Position numbers and translations under genes: made by a program | Shown here: positions 31,003 through 41,794 of the stretch, one piece after another | Layout of the letters: each line of letters starts with the position of its first letter | How positions within the stretch are numbered: position 1 is the stretch's first letter | The notes under the pieces: model-generated | Seen by the model: the letters and a program-made list of their open reading frames with translations, nothing else | The model's database searches: none | Told to the model about the DNA's origin: nothing | Assembly (NCBI GenBank): GCA_963740085.1 | Contig: CAVUCU010000001.1 | Location: forward strand, 416,001-480,000 | Direction: 5' to 3' | Source of the DNA: Nitrospirota bacterium | Lineage (GTDB): Bacteria; Nitrospirota; UBA9217 | Length of the DNA stretch: 64,000 bases

Positions 31003-33670
31003 TCAACTCCCGCTCACTTTCTTTTTGAGATCATGAAGCGTATTCATGGCATCGAGCGGCGTCATGGCATTAAGGTCCAGGTCCGCTATCTCTTTAAATA
31101 TCAGGCCTGCCTCGCTGGCGAACAGGCCGAGCTGTGGTTCCACCTTTGCAGCTTTTCCGGCTTTTGCGTTTTTCTCCCCGCGTCCGTACGCGCCTTCTCC
31201 CGGTCCGATCTTTGACGCCGCCACCGGCTCGCCCTCGTCGTTGAACTCGGCCTTTTCGAGATTAGCAAGAACTTCCCGCGCACGCTGGATCACCGCTTCC
31301 GGGAGTCCCGCGAGGCGCGCCACCTGAATGCCGTAGGACTTGTCCGCTCCGCCTTCGACAACGCGCCGGAGAAAGATGATCTGGTCGTTCCATTCTTTGA
31401 TAGACACGGTATAGTTCTTCACCCGGTCCATGGTGAGCGCGAGTTCCGTAAGTTCATGGTAGTGCGTGGCGAACAGGGTCCGTGCCCTGATCTTCGTATG
31501 GATGTATTCAGCCACGGCCCAGGCAATGCTGATGCCGTCGAAGGTGCTCGTGCCTCTGCCGATCTCGTCGAGGATGATGAGGCTCCGGTCCGTCGCGTTG
31601 TTCAGGATATTGGCCGTCTCGTTCATCTCGACCATGAAGGTGCTCTGGCCTCGCGTGATGAAATCCGATGCCCCGATGCGCGTAAACACCCGGTCCACGA
31701 TGCCTATCTGCGCCTCGCGCGCGGGAACAAAGCCGCCCATCTGGGCCATGATCGTGATGACCGCCACCTGCCGCATGTAGGTGGACTTGCCCGCCATGTT
31801 CGGCCCCGTGAGGATCACCAGCTGGTTCTCTTCGCAGTCCAGGAGCGTGTCGTTCGGAATGAACCGCTCTTCGAGCGCGAGCTGCTCAACGACGGGATGT
31901 CTGCCCTCGACGATCTTGAGCATATCGCCTTCGAGGATCATTGGCCGCGCATAATTGTTCTTTGCCGCGGCCTCGGCAAGCGAGACCAGGCTGTCGAGCA
32001 CTGCGATCCGCCGCGCCATGTCCTGTACCCTGATGGTCGAGGCGGCAACCGATTCACGCACCTGCTGGAACAGCCGGTACTCCAGGTCGAGGATCTTTTC
32101 CTCTGCGCCGAGCACCTTGTCCTCATATTCCTTGAGCTCCGGCGTGATGAAACGTTCAGCGTTCGCAAGAGTCTGTTTACGGATAAAATCCTGCGGCACG
32201 TTCGCAAGGTTGGTCTTCGTTACTTCGATATAATATCCGAAGACCCTGTTGTAACTTACCTTGAGCGAGTTGATGCCGGTGCGCTCGCGCTCGCGCAGCT
32301 CGATACCCGCGATCCATCCCTTGCCTTCCGAGCTGATGGAGCGCAGATCATCGAGCTCGGTGTTGTATCCTTTTTTGATGAGTTTCCCCTCGCGTAACGT
32401 ATAAGGAGGGTCGTCGTTGACGGCATTCTTCAATGAGCCGGGAGACTTCCAGGAGGCCGTCCCAGTCTTGAGCAAGAGCAGTGATAGATCGGGCATTGCA
32501 ACCGATGAGCAGCTCATGGACCCTGGGCAGGGCGGTAAATGACTGTTTGAGTGCGAGCAGGTCCCGGGCATTTGCAGCGCCGAGAGAAACACGGCTGATC
32601 AGCCGTTCGAGGTCATAGACCGGGGCGAGCGCTGTCATCAGGTTGGAGCGAAGCTGGTGGTCGTTCCTGAATTCCGCCACGGCGTCGAGCCGGCGTTCGA
32701 TCTCCACCGCGCTCATCAGCGGGTTCAGGAGCCATTCACGAAGTTTTCTGCCGCCCATTGCCGTGACCGTGGAATCGAGCACGGAAAGCAGCGTGCCTTT
32801 GGCCGATCCGTCGTAGATGTTCCTGACGAGCTCCAGGTTACGCTGGCATGACGCGTCGAGGACCATGTGTTCCCGGACGAGAAAAGGTTTGATGCGGCGT
32901 ATGTTCGCGAGGCCGGTCTTCTGCGTCTCTTCGATATACCGGAGCGCCGCGCCCGCGGCCGAAATGCCGGACTTCATGCCGCTGCAGCCGAAACCCTCGA
33001 GCGAGGCGACTTTGAAATGGTCGAGCAGTGTTCGCAATGCGGTCGCGATGTCAAATGTCCAGTCGTCGCAGGTATTGATCGCCTGTGTGTATTGACGAAG
33101 CAGGGAAGAAAGGCCGGGGTCGGACTGATGGTCCCTGGGCAGCACGATCTCGCGCGGAGTGAACCGCGCGAGGACGGTATCGAGCTCAGCAAGGTTATCC
33201 GCGCCCGCGACCTCGGCAATGAAGAAATCGCCGGTTGAGATATCGAGAAAGGAAAGCCCGAAACCCTCCTTCGCCGGATACAGGGAAGCGAGGTAGTTGT
33301 TGTCCTTGGCTTCGAGCAGATTGGAATCGAGCACCGTCCCCGGCGTCACGACCCGGATCACCTCGCGCTTTACAATGCCTTTCGCGAGCCTCGGATCTTC
33401 CACCTGTTCGCAGATCGCGACCTTGAAGCCGCGCCGGATGAGCTTGGCGATATAGCCATCCACGGCGTGGTACGGGAAACCGCAGAGCGGCGTCTCGATC
33501 CCCTTGGACCGGTTCCTCGCCGTAAGCGTGATCTCGAGGACCTTCGAGGCGGTCACGGCGTCCTGGTCGAACATCTCGTAGAAATCGCCCATGCGGAAAA
33601 GCAGGATCGCGTCGAGGTGCTGGCGCTTGATCTCGCGGTATTGTTTCATGAGGGGGGTCAGATCGGTCAT
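31003..33670 (-). CDS. mutS: DNA mismatch repair protein MutS, frameshift near 32430
   Basis: [17 protein letters not shown] in ORF 32348-33670; [33 protein letters not shown] in ORF 31003-32592. Confidence 0.96.
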
Positions 33671-33716
33671 GGGTTTCCAGGAGCAAGGATTGAGGGACTC
33701 GAAAAAATAGGATTTA

Positions 33717-33799
33717 ACCGCAGAGACGCAGAGGCGAACTAGAGAAAAATCCTTATCTAGTTTTAATATACGTTTTCCTTGTCTCCGCGTCTCCGCGGT
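33717..33799. repeat. Palindromic intergenic element
   Basis: ACCGCAGAGACGCAGAG ... CTCCGCGTCTCCGCGGT. Confidence 0.8.
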
Positions 33800-33805
33800 A
33801 AATAT

Positions 33806-34297
33806 TCAGTCTTTTAGCTTCTCAAAATACGGCCTCAGTCTGTCATACGTCCCGTCAAGCAGTTCCGGCATCACGCGGGTATCGTCAAAGACCGTGATAT
33901 AGCTGGAGTCGCCGGTCCAGCGGGGAACGATCTGAACATGGAGATGTTCGGGAATCCCCGCGCCGGCGGACTTTCCGATATTGATGCCGATATTGAAACC
34001 ATCGGGGTGCATGGCCTGCTTCAGGATCTTCACCGATGCCTGCGTCGTTTTCATCAGATCGGCAAGCTCCGCCTCGGGCAGCCGGTCGACCTCGGACTCA
34101 TGGGTAAAAGGGACAATGAGCAGGTGGCCGTTGTTGTAGGGATAGAGGTTCATGATGACAAAGGAATGCTTTCCGCGATGCAGGATATAGTTCTTGCGGT
34201 CGTCATCCTTCTTCGCTTCCTCGCAGAGGATGCACCCACCGGGTTTTTTAGAACCGAGGATATATTTCATACGCCATGGGGCCCAAAGTCTGTCCAT
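33806..34297 (-). CDS. HIT family protein (Ap4A phosphorylase-like)
   Basis: LWAPWRMKY, NLYPYNNGH, GAGIPEHLHVQIVPRW. Confidence 0.92.
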   Translation of the reverse strand: MDRLWAPWRMKYILGSKKPGGCILCEEAKKDDDRKNYILHRGKHSFVIMNLYPYNNGHLLIVPFTHESEVDRLPEAELADLMKTTQASVKILKQAMHPDGFNIGINIGKSAGAGIPEHLHVQIVPRWTGDSSYITVFDDTRVMPELLDGTYDRLRPYFEKLKD

Positions 34298-34317
34298 ATT
34301 TTTTATACGCAATAAAC

Positions 34318-34434
34318 CGAGGGATGACCGTTCACTTCGTTCACTAGGACGATGCACGAAAAGTCAATTGAATTTGAAGCCACCGTCCCTCGTCTCTCAT
34401 CCCTCGTCCGTCGTCCCTCGTCCCTCGTCCCTCG
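34318..34434. repeat. Heptamer-armed element with conserved core
   Basis: GTTCACTTCGTTCACTAGGACGATG at 34330-34354 then about seven CTCGTCC-type units. Confidence 0.82.
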
Positions 34435-35188
34435 ATTTTTTTATTTTCTCCATCTCGGCAATGACTTTTTTAATATCATCCCAGACGAGCTTTTTGTCAG
34501 ACGGAGTTCTCAGCAGGTAAGCCGGGTGGAACGTGGGCATAAGGGGGATGCCTTGATAGGTCTTCCAGTTGCCGCGAAGCGAAGTGATCCCCTCTTTCGT
34601 CTTGAGCAGCGTCTTGACGGCGACATTGCCCAGACCGATGATGATCTGCGGGTTGATCGCCCGAAGTTGTTTGATGAGGAACGGTTCGCAGGCCCCGACC
34701 TCGTCCGGTTCGGGGTTCCGGTTGCCCGGCGGCCTGCATTTCACGATATTGCAGATGTAGACGTCCTCGCGCTTCAGCTGCATACCCTTGACAATGATGT
34801 CCGTCAGCAGTTGTCCGGCGGCGCCGACAAAAGGCCTTCCCTGCAGGTCTTCTTCCTGCCCCGGTCCCTCGCCCACAAATACGAGCGCGGCATTCGGGTT
34901 GCCTTCTCCGAAGACGATGTTCTTCCGGCCCTTGTGCAGCTTGCAGCGAATGCAATCGCCAAGCTCTTCGCGGACCGCGGCAAGTCCAGCGGCCCCCGAT
35001 GCGAAAGGTCTTTCTACTAATGCAGATGCTGTTTTTACAGGATCCACCTGTGCAGCAACGGGGGCTGTCGACCGGGGCACCCCCCGTAACGGCATCTCGA
35101 CGAAGCTCATTCCTAGCGCTCTTCGATACTCAAGATGCGCCCTGACCTGCTCAACGATCTCTAAAAATTCCCGCTGCATCTCATCCAT
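34397..35188 (-). CDS. Uracil-DNA glycosylase family 4
   Basis: CIRCKL, VGEGPG, GRPFVG, VKCRPP, PTFHPAY. Confidence 0.94.
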   Translation of the reverse strand: MDEMQREFLEIVEQVRAHLEYRRALGMSFVEMPLRGVPRSTAPVAAQVDPVKTASALVERPFASGAAGLAAVREELGDCIRCKLHKGRKNIVFGEGNPNAALVFVGEGPGQEEDLQGRPFVGAAGQLLTDIIVKGMQLKREDVYICNIVKCRPPGNRNPEPDEVGACEPFLIKQLRAINPQIIIGLGNVAVKTLLKTKEGITSLRGNWKTYQGIPLMPTFHPAYLLRTPSDKKLVWDDIKKVIAEMEKIKKSRDEGRGTTDEG

Positions 35189-35254
35189 GAAAATAGAACC
35201 CTTACCATTTCATATTTTTACTCTGAACTCCCAACTCCCCACTCCGAACTTTTT

Positions 35255-36106
35255 TTAATTCCCCCATTTCAACTTCGTCCTGAGTATCTCAAAATAGCTC
35301 TTGGTCGGGTGTTTGATCAGCTTTATCCTGAACTGGGATTTTTTGATCGCCACAACATCGTTGGGTTCAAGCGGGAACCCGATCTGTCCGTCAAGCGTAA
35401 GCGATACATCCTCGCTCAGCGAGGTGAGACATATCGTGACCACGGCGGTATCGGGCAGCGCGATAGGCCTGTTCGACAATGTATGTGGACAGATCGGCGT
35501 AAGCACAAAACAGTGGATCGTGGGATGAATGATCGGGCCTCCGGCAGAGAGCGAGTAGGCCGTGGAGCCCGTGGGCGTCGCCACGATCAATCCGTCCGCC
35601 CTGAGGGTGGTCAAATGTCCGTCGTTTACCGAGACCCGGAGTTCCATCATGCGCGCAAGCGCGCCCTTGTTGATCACCGCGTCGTTCAGCACCCGGTACT
35701 GCGCAATGCGCTTTCCCTGGCGGAGCACGCTTGCGGTCAGCATTATCCGGTCCTCGGTCCCGAGCTTTCCGGCAATGGCCTTCTCCAGATTGCCATAGAG
35801 CTCATCGAGCGATACCTCCGCCATGAAACCCAGGCTGCCCAGGTTGACGCCAAAGATCGGAACATCGGCATGGGCGTCCGCAACAAGCCGCGCCGCGGAC
35901 AGAAGCGTGCCGTCACCCCCGAGCACGATGATCATCTCAACGAGAGCCGGGATCTCCTCCGGATCATAACCCTGCATTTTGACAGCCGCGGCAGTCTCTC
36001 TGTCGATGAAGACCTTTTTGCCCCGCGCCTCAAGCCAGGAGGCCAGCTTCTTTGATGCCTTCTGCGCAGCGGGAATATCCTTGGCTATGATGCCGATCTT
36101 CTTCAT
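35255..36106 (-). CDS. nadK: NAD(+) kinase
   Basis: GGDGT, NLGSLGF, LND, DGLIVATPTGSTAYSLSAGGP. Confidence 0.96.
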   Translation of the reverse strand: MKKIGIIAKDIPAAQKASKKLASWLEARGKKVFIDRETAAAVKMQGYDPEEIPALVEMIIVLGGDGTLLSAARLVADAHADVPIFGVNLGSLGFMAEVSLDELYGNLEKAIAGKLGTEDRIMLTASVLRQGKRIAQYRVLNDAVINKGALARMMELRVSVNDGHLTTLRADGLIVATPTGSTAYSLSAGGPIIHPTIHCFVLTPICPHTLSNRPIALPDTAVVTICLTSLSEDVSLTLDGQIGFPLEPNDVVAIKKSQFRIKLIKHPTKSYFEILRTKLKWGN

Positions 36107-36320
36107 GCTATTCCTTATTCAGTACAGAGACGGGGACCATAATTCTTTTTTAACAGGATGTTCAGGATAAACCAGGACTAACAACTTTCAGGAGAAAAGG
36201 GGGACATGGGAGAAATGGAGAAAAGGACGATAACTTATTTATGTTATTTATCCCCCTTTCGCCTCTCAATTCCCCATTTCTCCTGATTGTTCTTTTTGCG
36301 CCTCAGCGGTCACAATCCCG

Positions 36321-36809
36321 TTATTCTCTCAACTGTTTTGTTCGATCCAGCTCCTGCTTCAATTCCTCCATCAGTTTCTCGTACCGTTCCCCTTCCGGGA
36401 GAAACCCGAGCTCACGGCTCTCTTCATCAAGAGCGGAGAGATAGACGCTCAAGCTCTCGACGGGCAATTCGTCCCCGGCCCGCTCGGCCCATTCAATGAC
36501 GGTCACGCCATCGGTTCCAATGTATTCGTCGAACCCGATGTGCTCCAGTTCCTCAGGTCCCTTGAGACGGTAGAGGTCCAGGTGATAGAACGGTACCCGT
36601 CCCTGGTACTCGTTCACGAAGGTGAAGGTCGGGCTCGTGATGTACGGCTCCTGCACATCCAATCCCCGGGCGATGCCGTAAGCGAGATTTGTTTTTCCGG
36701 TGCCGAGATCGCCGTATAAACAGACCGTATCGCCGGCATCGAGCAGCTTTCCGAGCAGCCGTCCGATCTCCCGGGTCTGCTCGGGGCTCGACGTGATCGC
36801 GCTGAACAT
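36321..36809 (-). CDS. tsaE: tRNA threonylcarbamoyladenosine biosynthesis ATPase
   Basis: GDLGTGKT, TSPTF, YHLDLYRL, IEWA. Confidence 0.96.
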   Translation of the reverse strand: MFSAITSSPEQTREIGRLLGKLLDAGDTVCLYGDLGTGKTNLAYGIARGLDVQEPYITSPTFTFVNEYQGRVPFYHLDLYRLKGPEELEHIGFDEYIGTDGVTVIEWAERAGDELPVESLSVYLSALDEESRELGFLPEGERYEKLMEELKQELDRTKQLRE

Positions 36810-37267
36810 TACTCGGCCTGCCGTGCGACGGCCTTCACCATATCGCGCTTGCCCACGATGCCCACGACCTTGCCTGCCTTGAGCACCGGCAGCAAATGGA
36901 CCTTCTTCTCCGACATGAGGGTCGCGATATCTATGATGGTGGTGTCTTCCGCGATCGTGACCACCTTGCGGACGCAGATGTCACCCACCCGTGTGGCTGT
37001 CAGGCGTTTCACTTCCTGCTCGAATTTTTTTGAGCTTTCGAGATAAATGGCCGCGTCCAGGAAACTCACCACCGTGGGGATGTGAAGCCGTTTGTTCCGG
37101 CTGATGAGATCGTTCTCGGTCACCATGCCGTAGAGCGCGCCCGAGTCGTCAACGACCGGCACACCGCTGATCTCGTTCTTCACGAGCAGTGAAGAAAGCT
37201 CCTCAATGGTGGTATCGGGCTTGACGACCAGTACGTCCCTGGTCATGATATCTTTCGCAGTTAGCAT
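36809..37267 (-). CDS. CBS-domain protein
   Basis: AKDIMTRDV, ISGVPVVD, GMVTENDL, LPV...GIV. Confidence 0.92.
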   Translation of the reverse strand: MLTAKDIMTRDVLVVKPDTTIEELSSLLVKNEISGVPVVDDSGALYGMVTENDLISRNKRLHIPTVVSFLDAAIYLESSKKFEQEVKRLTATRVGDICVRKVVTIAEDTTIIDIATLMSEKKVHLLPVLKAGKVVGIVGKRDMVKAVARQAE

Positions 37268-37330
37268 GGCAAAACCTCATTAAAAGTGATGAATTCCGAC
37301 GGACCCGTCGGAGGGGACAGATATCTCCAG

Positions 37331-38872
37331 CTATTCTATCGTTTCTTTAAAAGCTTGAGGAATTTTCTCGATCAGATCTCCTGCGATCATTGATGCTTCG
37401 CCCTTTTCCGCGGCCGCAAGGTCTCCCGCCCGGCCGTGCAGATAAACGCCGAGGCACGCCGCCTGACTTGCGCTGTATCCCTGCGCAAGGAGGCCGCCGA
37501 TCATACCGGTGAGCGCATCTCCGGTCCCGCCGGATGCCATGCCGGGATTTCCCGTGGAGTTGACGAACACCCATCCATGAGGGGTCGCGACCACCGTGGC
37601 AGCGCCCTTGAGCACGACCGTGACCCTGTGCTTCCTGGCAAATGCCGAGGCGATTTCGATCCTGTCCCTCTGTACGTCGGAGGATGATATGCCCAGCAGC
37701 CTTCCCATTTCACCCGGGTGCGGGGTCAGGATAAGAGACGCTTTTGCCCTCTTAAGGATATCCGTAAAGCCGACAAGCGCATTCAACCCGTCTGCGTCGA
37801 TCACCGCGGGGATCGAGAGTCGCTGGACAAGGCTCCGGACCGCCTGGACCGTCTCGTAGTGGGTTGAAAGGCCCGGACCGATCGCACAGGCGCTCATTTT
37901 TCCCATGGCCTTGAGCAGTTCCTCTTCTGCCCCGATCCCCAACGTCCCTTCGATGCTCTCCGCGGACGGGACAGCCATGGCTTCTGCGACCTGGGATTGG
38001 ATGATCGGAACAAGATTGTTCGGTACGGCTACGCTCACGAGCCCTGCACCCGCCCTGAGCGCTCCCCTCGCGGCCATGATCGCGGCCCCTGCCTTGCCCG
38101 GCGAACCGGCGACGATCATGAGATGGCCGAAGTCGCCTTTGTGCGCATCGGGAAGCCTGTTGCTGATCACGCCCCGGACGGAGCCCTGGTCCAGCAGGCT
38201 TACGGATATATGTTCCTTTTCCGAAACCTCCGGGGGAATCCCGAGGTCCGCAACCCGCACCGTGCCGGCGTAGTCCGCGCCCGGATAGAGCACGAGCCCG
38301 CGTTTCAGGAAGGCCATGGTCACCGTGAGGTCGGCCTTGATCGCCGCGCCCATGACCCCGCCCGTATCCGCGTCAATCCCCGTGGGAATGTCTATCGCGA
38401 CAACGGGACTGCCCGAGGTATTCATCATATCCACGGCCTGGGCATACCTGCCTTTCAAAGGGGATGACAACCCCACCCCAAGCATGGCGTCAACGAGAAC
38501 ATCCGACCATGCAATAATGTCCGCAAGCGAACGGGAAGACGCATTCTGCACGATCTCGACATCCGTCTTGCGAAGAATAGAGAGGTTGGCCTTTGCTTCT
38601 CCCTTGACCGCGCCGAAGGATGCCAGCAACGCGACCCGCACCGGTACGCCGTTGATCCTGAGCCGCCGCGCAAGCGCCAGGCCGTCGCCGCCGTTATTTC
38701 CCCTGCCGCAGATAATGCCGACCCTCACACCCTGAAGGCCGTCGAAGAACTTCTCCATCGCCGTCATGACAGCCGCCGCGGCATTCTCCATCAGGACCAT
38801 GCCGGGAATGCCGAAGACCCTGATCGCCCTGCGGTCGATGTTCTTCATTTGTTGTGTGGTGACAATTTTCAT
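37331..38872 (-). CDS. nnr: Bifunctional NAD(P)H-hydrate epimerase/dehydratase
   Basis: LMENA, GNNGGDG, DIPTG, HKGDFG, DADGLN, TPHPGE, GGTGD. Confidence 0.96.
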   Translation of the reverse strand: MKIVTTQQMKNIDRRAIRVFGIPGMVLMENAAAAVMTAMEKFFDGLQGVRVGIICGRGNNGGDGLALARRLRINGVPVRVALLASFGAVKGEAKANLSILRKTDVEIVQNASSRSLADIIAWSDVLVDAMLGVGLSSPLKGRYAQAVDMMNTSGSPVVAIDIPTGIDADTGGVMGAAIKADLTVTMAFLKRGLVLYPGADYAGTVRVADLGIPPEVSEKEHISVSLLDQGSVRGVISNRLPDAHKGDFGHLMIVAGSPGKAGAAIMAARGALRAGAGLVSVAVPNNLVPIIQSQVAEAMAVPSAESIEGTLGIGAEEELLKAMGKMSACAIGPGLSTHYETVQAVRSLVQRLSIPAVIDADGLNALVGFTDILKRAKASLILTPHPGEMGRLLGISSSDVQRDRIEIASAFARKHRVTVVLKGAATVVATPHGWVFVNSTGNPGMASGGTGDALTGMIGGLLAQGYSASQAACLGVYLHGRAGDLAAAEKGEASMIAGDLIEKIPQAFKETIE

Positions 38873-38894
38873 AATGTGATAATTCCGGTTTTTC

Positions 38895-39048
38895 GGCTGA
38901 AGGCTGAAGACTGACGTAATCTAAAAATCTTTCGCCTTCAGTCTAACCACCTTAGCCTCTCCACCTAATCCTTACCCTTCTACCTTCAGTCTAACCACCT
39001 TTAGTCTCTCCACCTGAATCCCTATCCTTCGGTCTTCAGCCTTCAGCC
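38895..39048. repeat. GGCTGAA/TTCAGCC heptamer-armed element with an internal duplication
   Basis: GGCTGAAGGCTGAAGACTGA ... TCTTCAGCCTTCAGCC; CCTTCAGTCTAACCACCTT occurs twice. Confidence 0.75.
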
Positions 39049-39055
39049 TAATCAA

Positions 39056-39460
39056 TCATCCATTCTCACCCGAGCCGGAGAATGCCGCTCCCACCAGCAC
39101 CACCTGCGCCACGGCATATCCTTCATCGTGCGAGTAGCTGAGGAGCACCTGTTTCACACCTCTGAGGTCCATGAGGTCCTTCACCCTGCCGGAGAGGTTT
39201 ACGGTCGGGCCGCCGCCTTCGCCGTGAAGCACCTCGATGTCCGTCCACTTTACGCCCGCGCTCCATCCCGTGCCGATGGCCTTGAGCACCGCTTCCTTGG
39301 CAGCGAATCTGCCGGCATAGTGCTGGGCGGGGAACTTTTGCCGGGAGCAATACTCGCGCTCCAGTTCCGTGAACACCCGCTCGAGAAAACCCGCGTGGTT
39401 CTTCCCTGCCTTGTCGATGCGGTCGATCTTCACCAGGTCAACTCCGATGCCGACTATCAT
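39056..39460 (-). CDS. acpS: Holo-[acyl-carrier-protein] synthase
   Basis: GIGVDLV, RFAAKEAVLKAIGTG, SYSHD. Confidence 0.96.
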   Translation of the reverse strand: MIVGIGVDLVKIDRIDKAGKNHAGFLERVFTELEREYCSRQKFPAQHYAGRFAAKEAVLKAIGTGWSAGVKWTDIEVLHGEGGGPTVNLSGRVKDLMDLRGVKQVLLSYSHDEGYAVAQVVLVGAAFSGSGENG

Positions 39461-39503
39461 GGTTCCTCCCTGCCACAAATTTACAATTTCCAGTTATCAA
39501 TCA

Positions 39504-40220
39504 TCACTCTCCAATTAAAGCTTTCATCTCTTTCACCGCCCGGTCCAGCCCGACGAGCGCGGCCCGTGAGATAATGCTATGACCGATGTTCAGTTCCTCC
39601 ACCTCGGAAATGCGCGCTATCTTCCGAACATTCACATAGTTCAAGCCGTGTCCTGCGCCCACGCGGAGCCCCAGGCTCCCGGCGAGCTTCGCCGCCTCGC
39701 TGATCTTCACGAACTCGCGCTCGCGATCTTTTTCGGTCTTCGCGTTCGCATACGCGCCTGTGTGGATCTCCACCCAGTCCGCGCCGGACTTCCTGGCCGC
39801 CGAGACCTGCCTGTCATCGGGATCGACAAAGAGGCTGACAACGATGCCGCCTTGCTGGAGACCGCTTATAAACGATTTCATAAAATCGATCCGTGAGGCC
39901 ACCTCAAGACCGCCTTCGGTCGTGAGCTCTTCCCGCTTCTCCGGCACCAGCGTGGTGATGTTCGGTTTTACCTCGAGCGCTATGCGCTGCATTTCATCGG
40001 TCGCCGCCATCTCTAAGTTCAGTTTCGTCTGTATGGTCTCGCGCAGAAGCCGGAGATCCCGGTCCTGAACATGCCGCCTGTCCTCGCGCAGGTGCGCGAT
40101 AATGCCTTCCGCGCCCGCAAGCTCGGCGAGCAGAGCCGCCGCAACCGGATCGGGTTCGATGCCCTTTCGTGCCTCGCGTATCGTGGCAATGTGGTCGATA
40201 TTTACGGACAATCTGGGCAA
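39504..40220 (-). CDS. pdxJ: Pyridoxine 5'-phosphate synthase
   Basis: [36 protein letters not shown]; TTG start after GGAGG. Confidence 0.97.
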   Translation of the reverse strand: MPRLSVNIDHIATIREARKGIEPDPVAAALLAELAGAEGIIAHLREDRRHVQDRDLRLLRETIQTKLNLEMAATDEMQRIALEVKPNITTLVPEKREELTTEGGLEVASRIDFMKSFISGLQQGGIVVSLFVDPDDRQVSAARKSGADWVEIHTGAYANAKTEKDREREFVKISEAAKLAGSLGLRVGAGHGLNYVNVRKIARISEVEELNIGHSIISRAALVGLDRAVKEMKALIGE

Positions 40221-40397
40221 CTCAGCAGTACCTCCCGGACATGACAATTCGTGTTTTGATTCTATCATCTCTCCGCCAAAATATCCATTAAATTTGTTCG
40301 CAACAAAAGCGTTCGCGCGTACAAATCAACGGATTGCCGCCTTGACCCTGATCCGGGCCTCTGGTATATTTGCGGTATTGAAACGGCACACAAGCAA

Positions 40398-40466
40398 ACC
40401 ACAGAGAACACTGAGAAAATGAATATCGCATCTGATCTTTACAATTTACGCTGAGCTCTCTGTGGT
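40398..40466. repeat. Palindromic intergenic element
   Basis: ACCACAGAGAACACTGAG ... CGCTGAGCTCTCTGTGGT. Confidence 0.7.
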
Positions 40467-40505
40467 GATTTTTAAACGACAGGAAAAACCCAGGAGGTGG
40501 ACTGA

Positions 40506-41685
40506 ATGATCCGTCTCATGAAGACGTTTTGCATCGGTTTCCTTTTCGTTGCGGCAATTGCGCTCCCGGCGATCGCCCAGGAATCAAAGACCGTGACCGC
40601 CGAAGGCGTGGCCGCAATCCAGGGCAACGCACGTGATATCGCCCGCAATGCCGCGCTTGAGGATGCCCGGAAGCGTGCCGTGGAACAGGCGATCGGCCTC
40701 CTGATCGACTCGCAGACCCAGGTCGAGAACTACCGGCTCATCAGCGACAAGATCCTCTCGCAGGCCAAGGAGGTATATCACGCGGTACACTGTCGCGGGC
40801 GAGAACACTGACAGCGGCCTGCTGCGTGTCCGTATCAAGGCCGAAATCGCGCTCAGCCGGCTGAAAAACGATCTCTCGGGTATCGGCATCCGCCCTGGTC
40901 GCGTGTACAAGCCCCGGACCATGGTCATGATAGCGGAGCAGAACATCGGGCGCGACGTCACTGCGTGGTGGCTGGGAACCCATGGAGAGCAAACCGATGT
41001 CAGCGTGGTCGAGAACGCCTTCATGGATAAATTCAGGGAAAACGGGTTTGCATTCATCGACCATCAGATCGCGATAAAGAAGATCGAGGTGACCGGAGAT
41101 TACCGGACACCGGACCTCACGGAGGCCCAGGCCGTGACGCTTGCCGCCCGGGCGGGCGCCGAGGTCGTGATCATCGGGAAGGCAAGTACCAGGTTATACG
41201 GCGATATCGGCGGAGGGATGAAATCGGTACAGGCGGACCTTACCGCAAGGGCCGTTCGCATTGTTACGGGGCAGGTCATCGCTACAGCCACGACCCACGC
41301 CGCGGCGGTGCATATCTCCGGGATCGCTGCCGGGACCGCTGCACTCGATAAAGCGGCGAACCAGGCGGCCGAGGAGATGATCGGCAAGATCCTCGCGGTC
41401 TATTCCGGCGAAGCGGCAGGCACGCGGTCCGTGAACATCGCCATCGCCGGTCTGAACAAGACCCAGTTCGCGAAGTTCAAGGACGTGCTCCTGAAACAGG
41501 TGCAAGGCATCAAGGACCTTCATGAGAGGAGCTTCAACGGGACAACGGCAAGGATATCGGTAGACTCGAAGAACAGCACGCAGAAGCTCTCGGATGAGAT
41601 CTCCCTCAGGGACTTCGGCGTATTCTCCGTGGAAGTGGTGGGCTCGACAGCGAGCTCGCTTGAGTTGAAGGTAACGCCGAAGTAG
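40506..41685 (+). CDS. Exported protein with FlgT-N-like domain, frameshift near 40770
   Basis: Signal peptide, ARNAALEDARKRAVEQAIG...IDSQTQVEN; continues into ORF 40903-41685 (KPRTMVMIAEQNIG). Confidence 0.75.
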
Positions 41686-41690
41686 AACCA

Positions 41691-41793
41691 ACGATGGACG
41701 ATGGACGATCGTTCGCTTCGCTCACTAGGACGACGGAGGCCGTATTTCACGATGGAAGCTTTTTCGTCCCTCGTCCCTCGTCTCTCGTCCCTC
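41691..41793. repeat. Heptamer-armed element with conserved core, between convergent genes
   Basis: ACGATGGACGATGGACGAT, GTTCGCTTCGCTCACTAGGACGACGG, four TCGTCCC-type units. Confidence 0.82.
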
Positions 41794-41794
41794 C

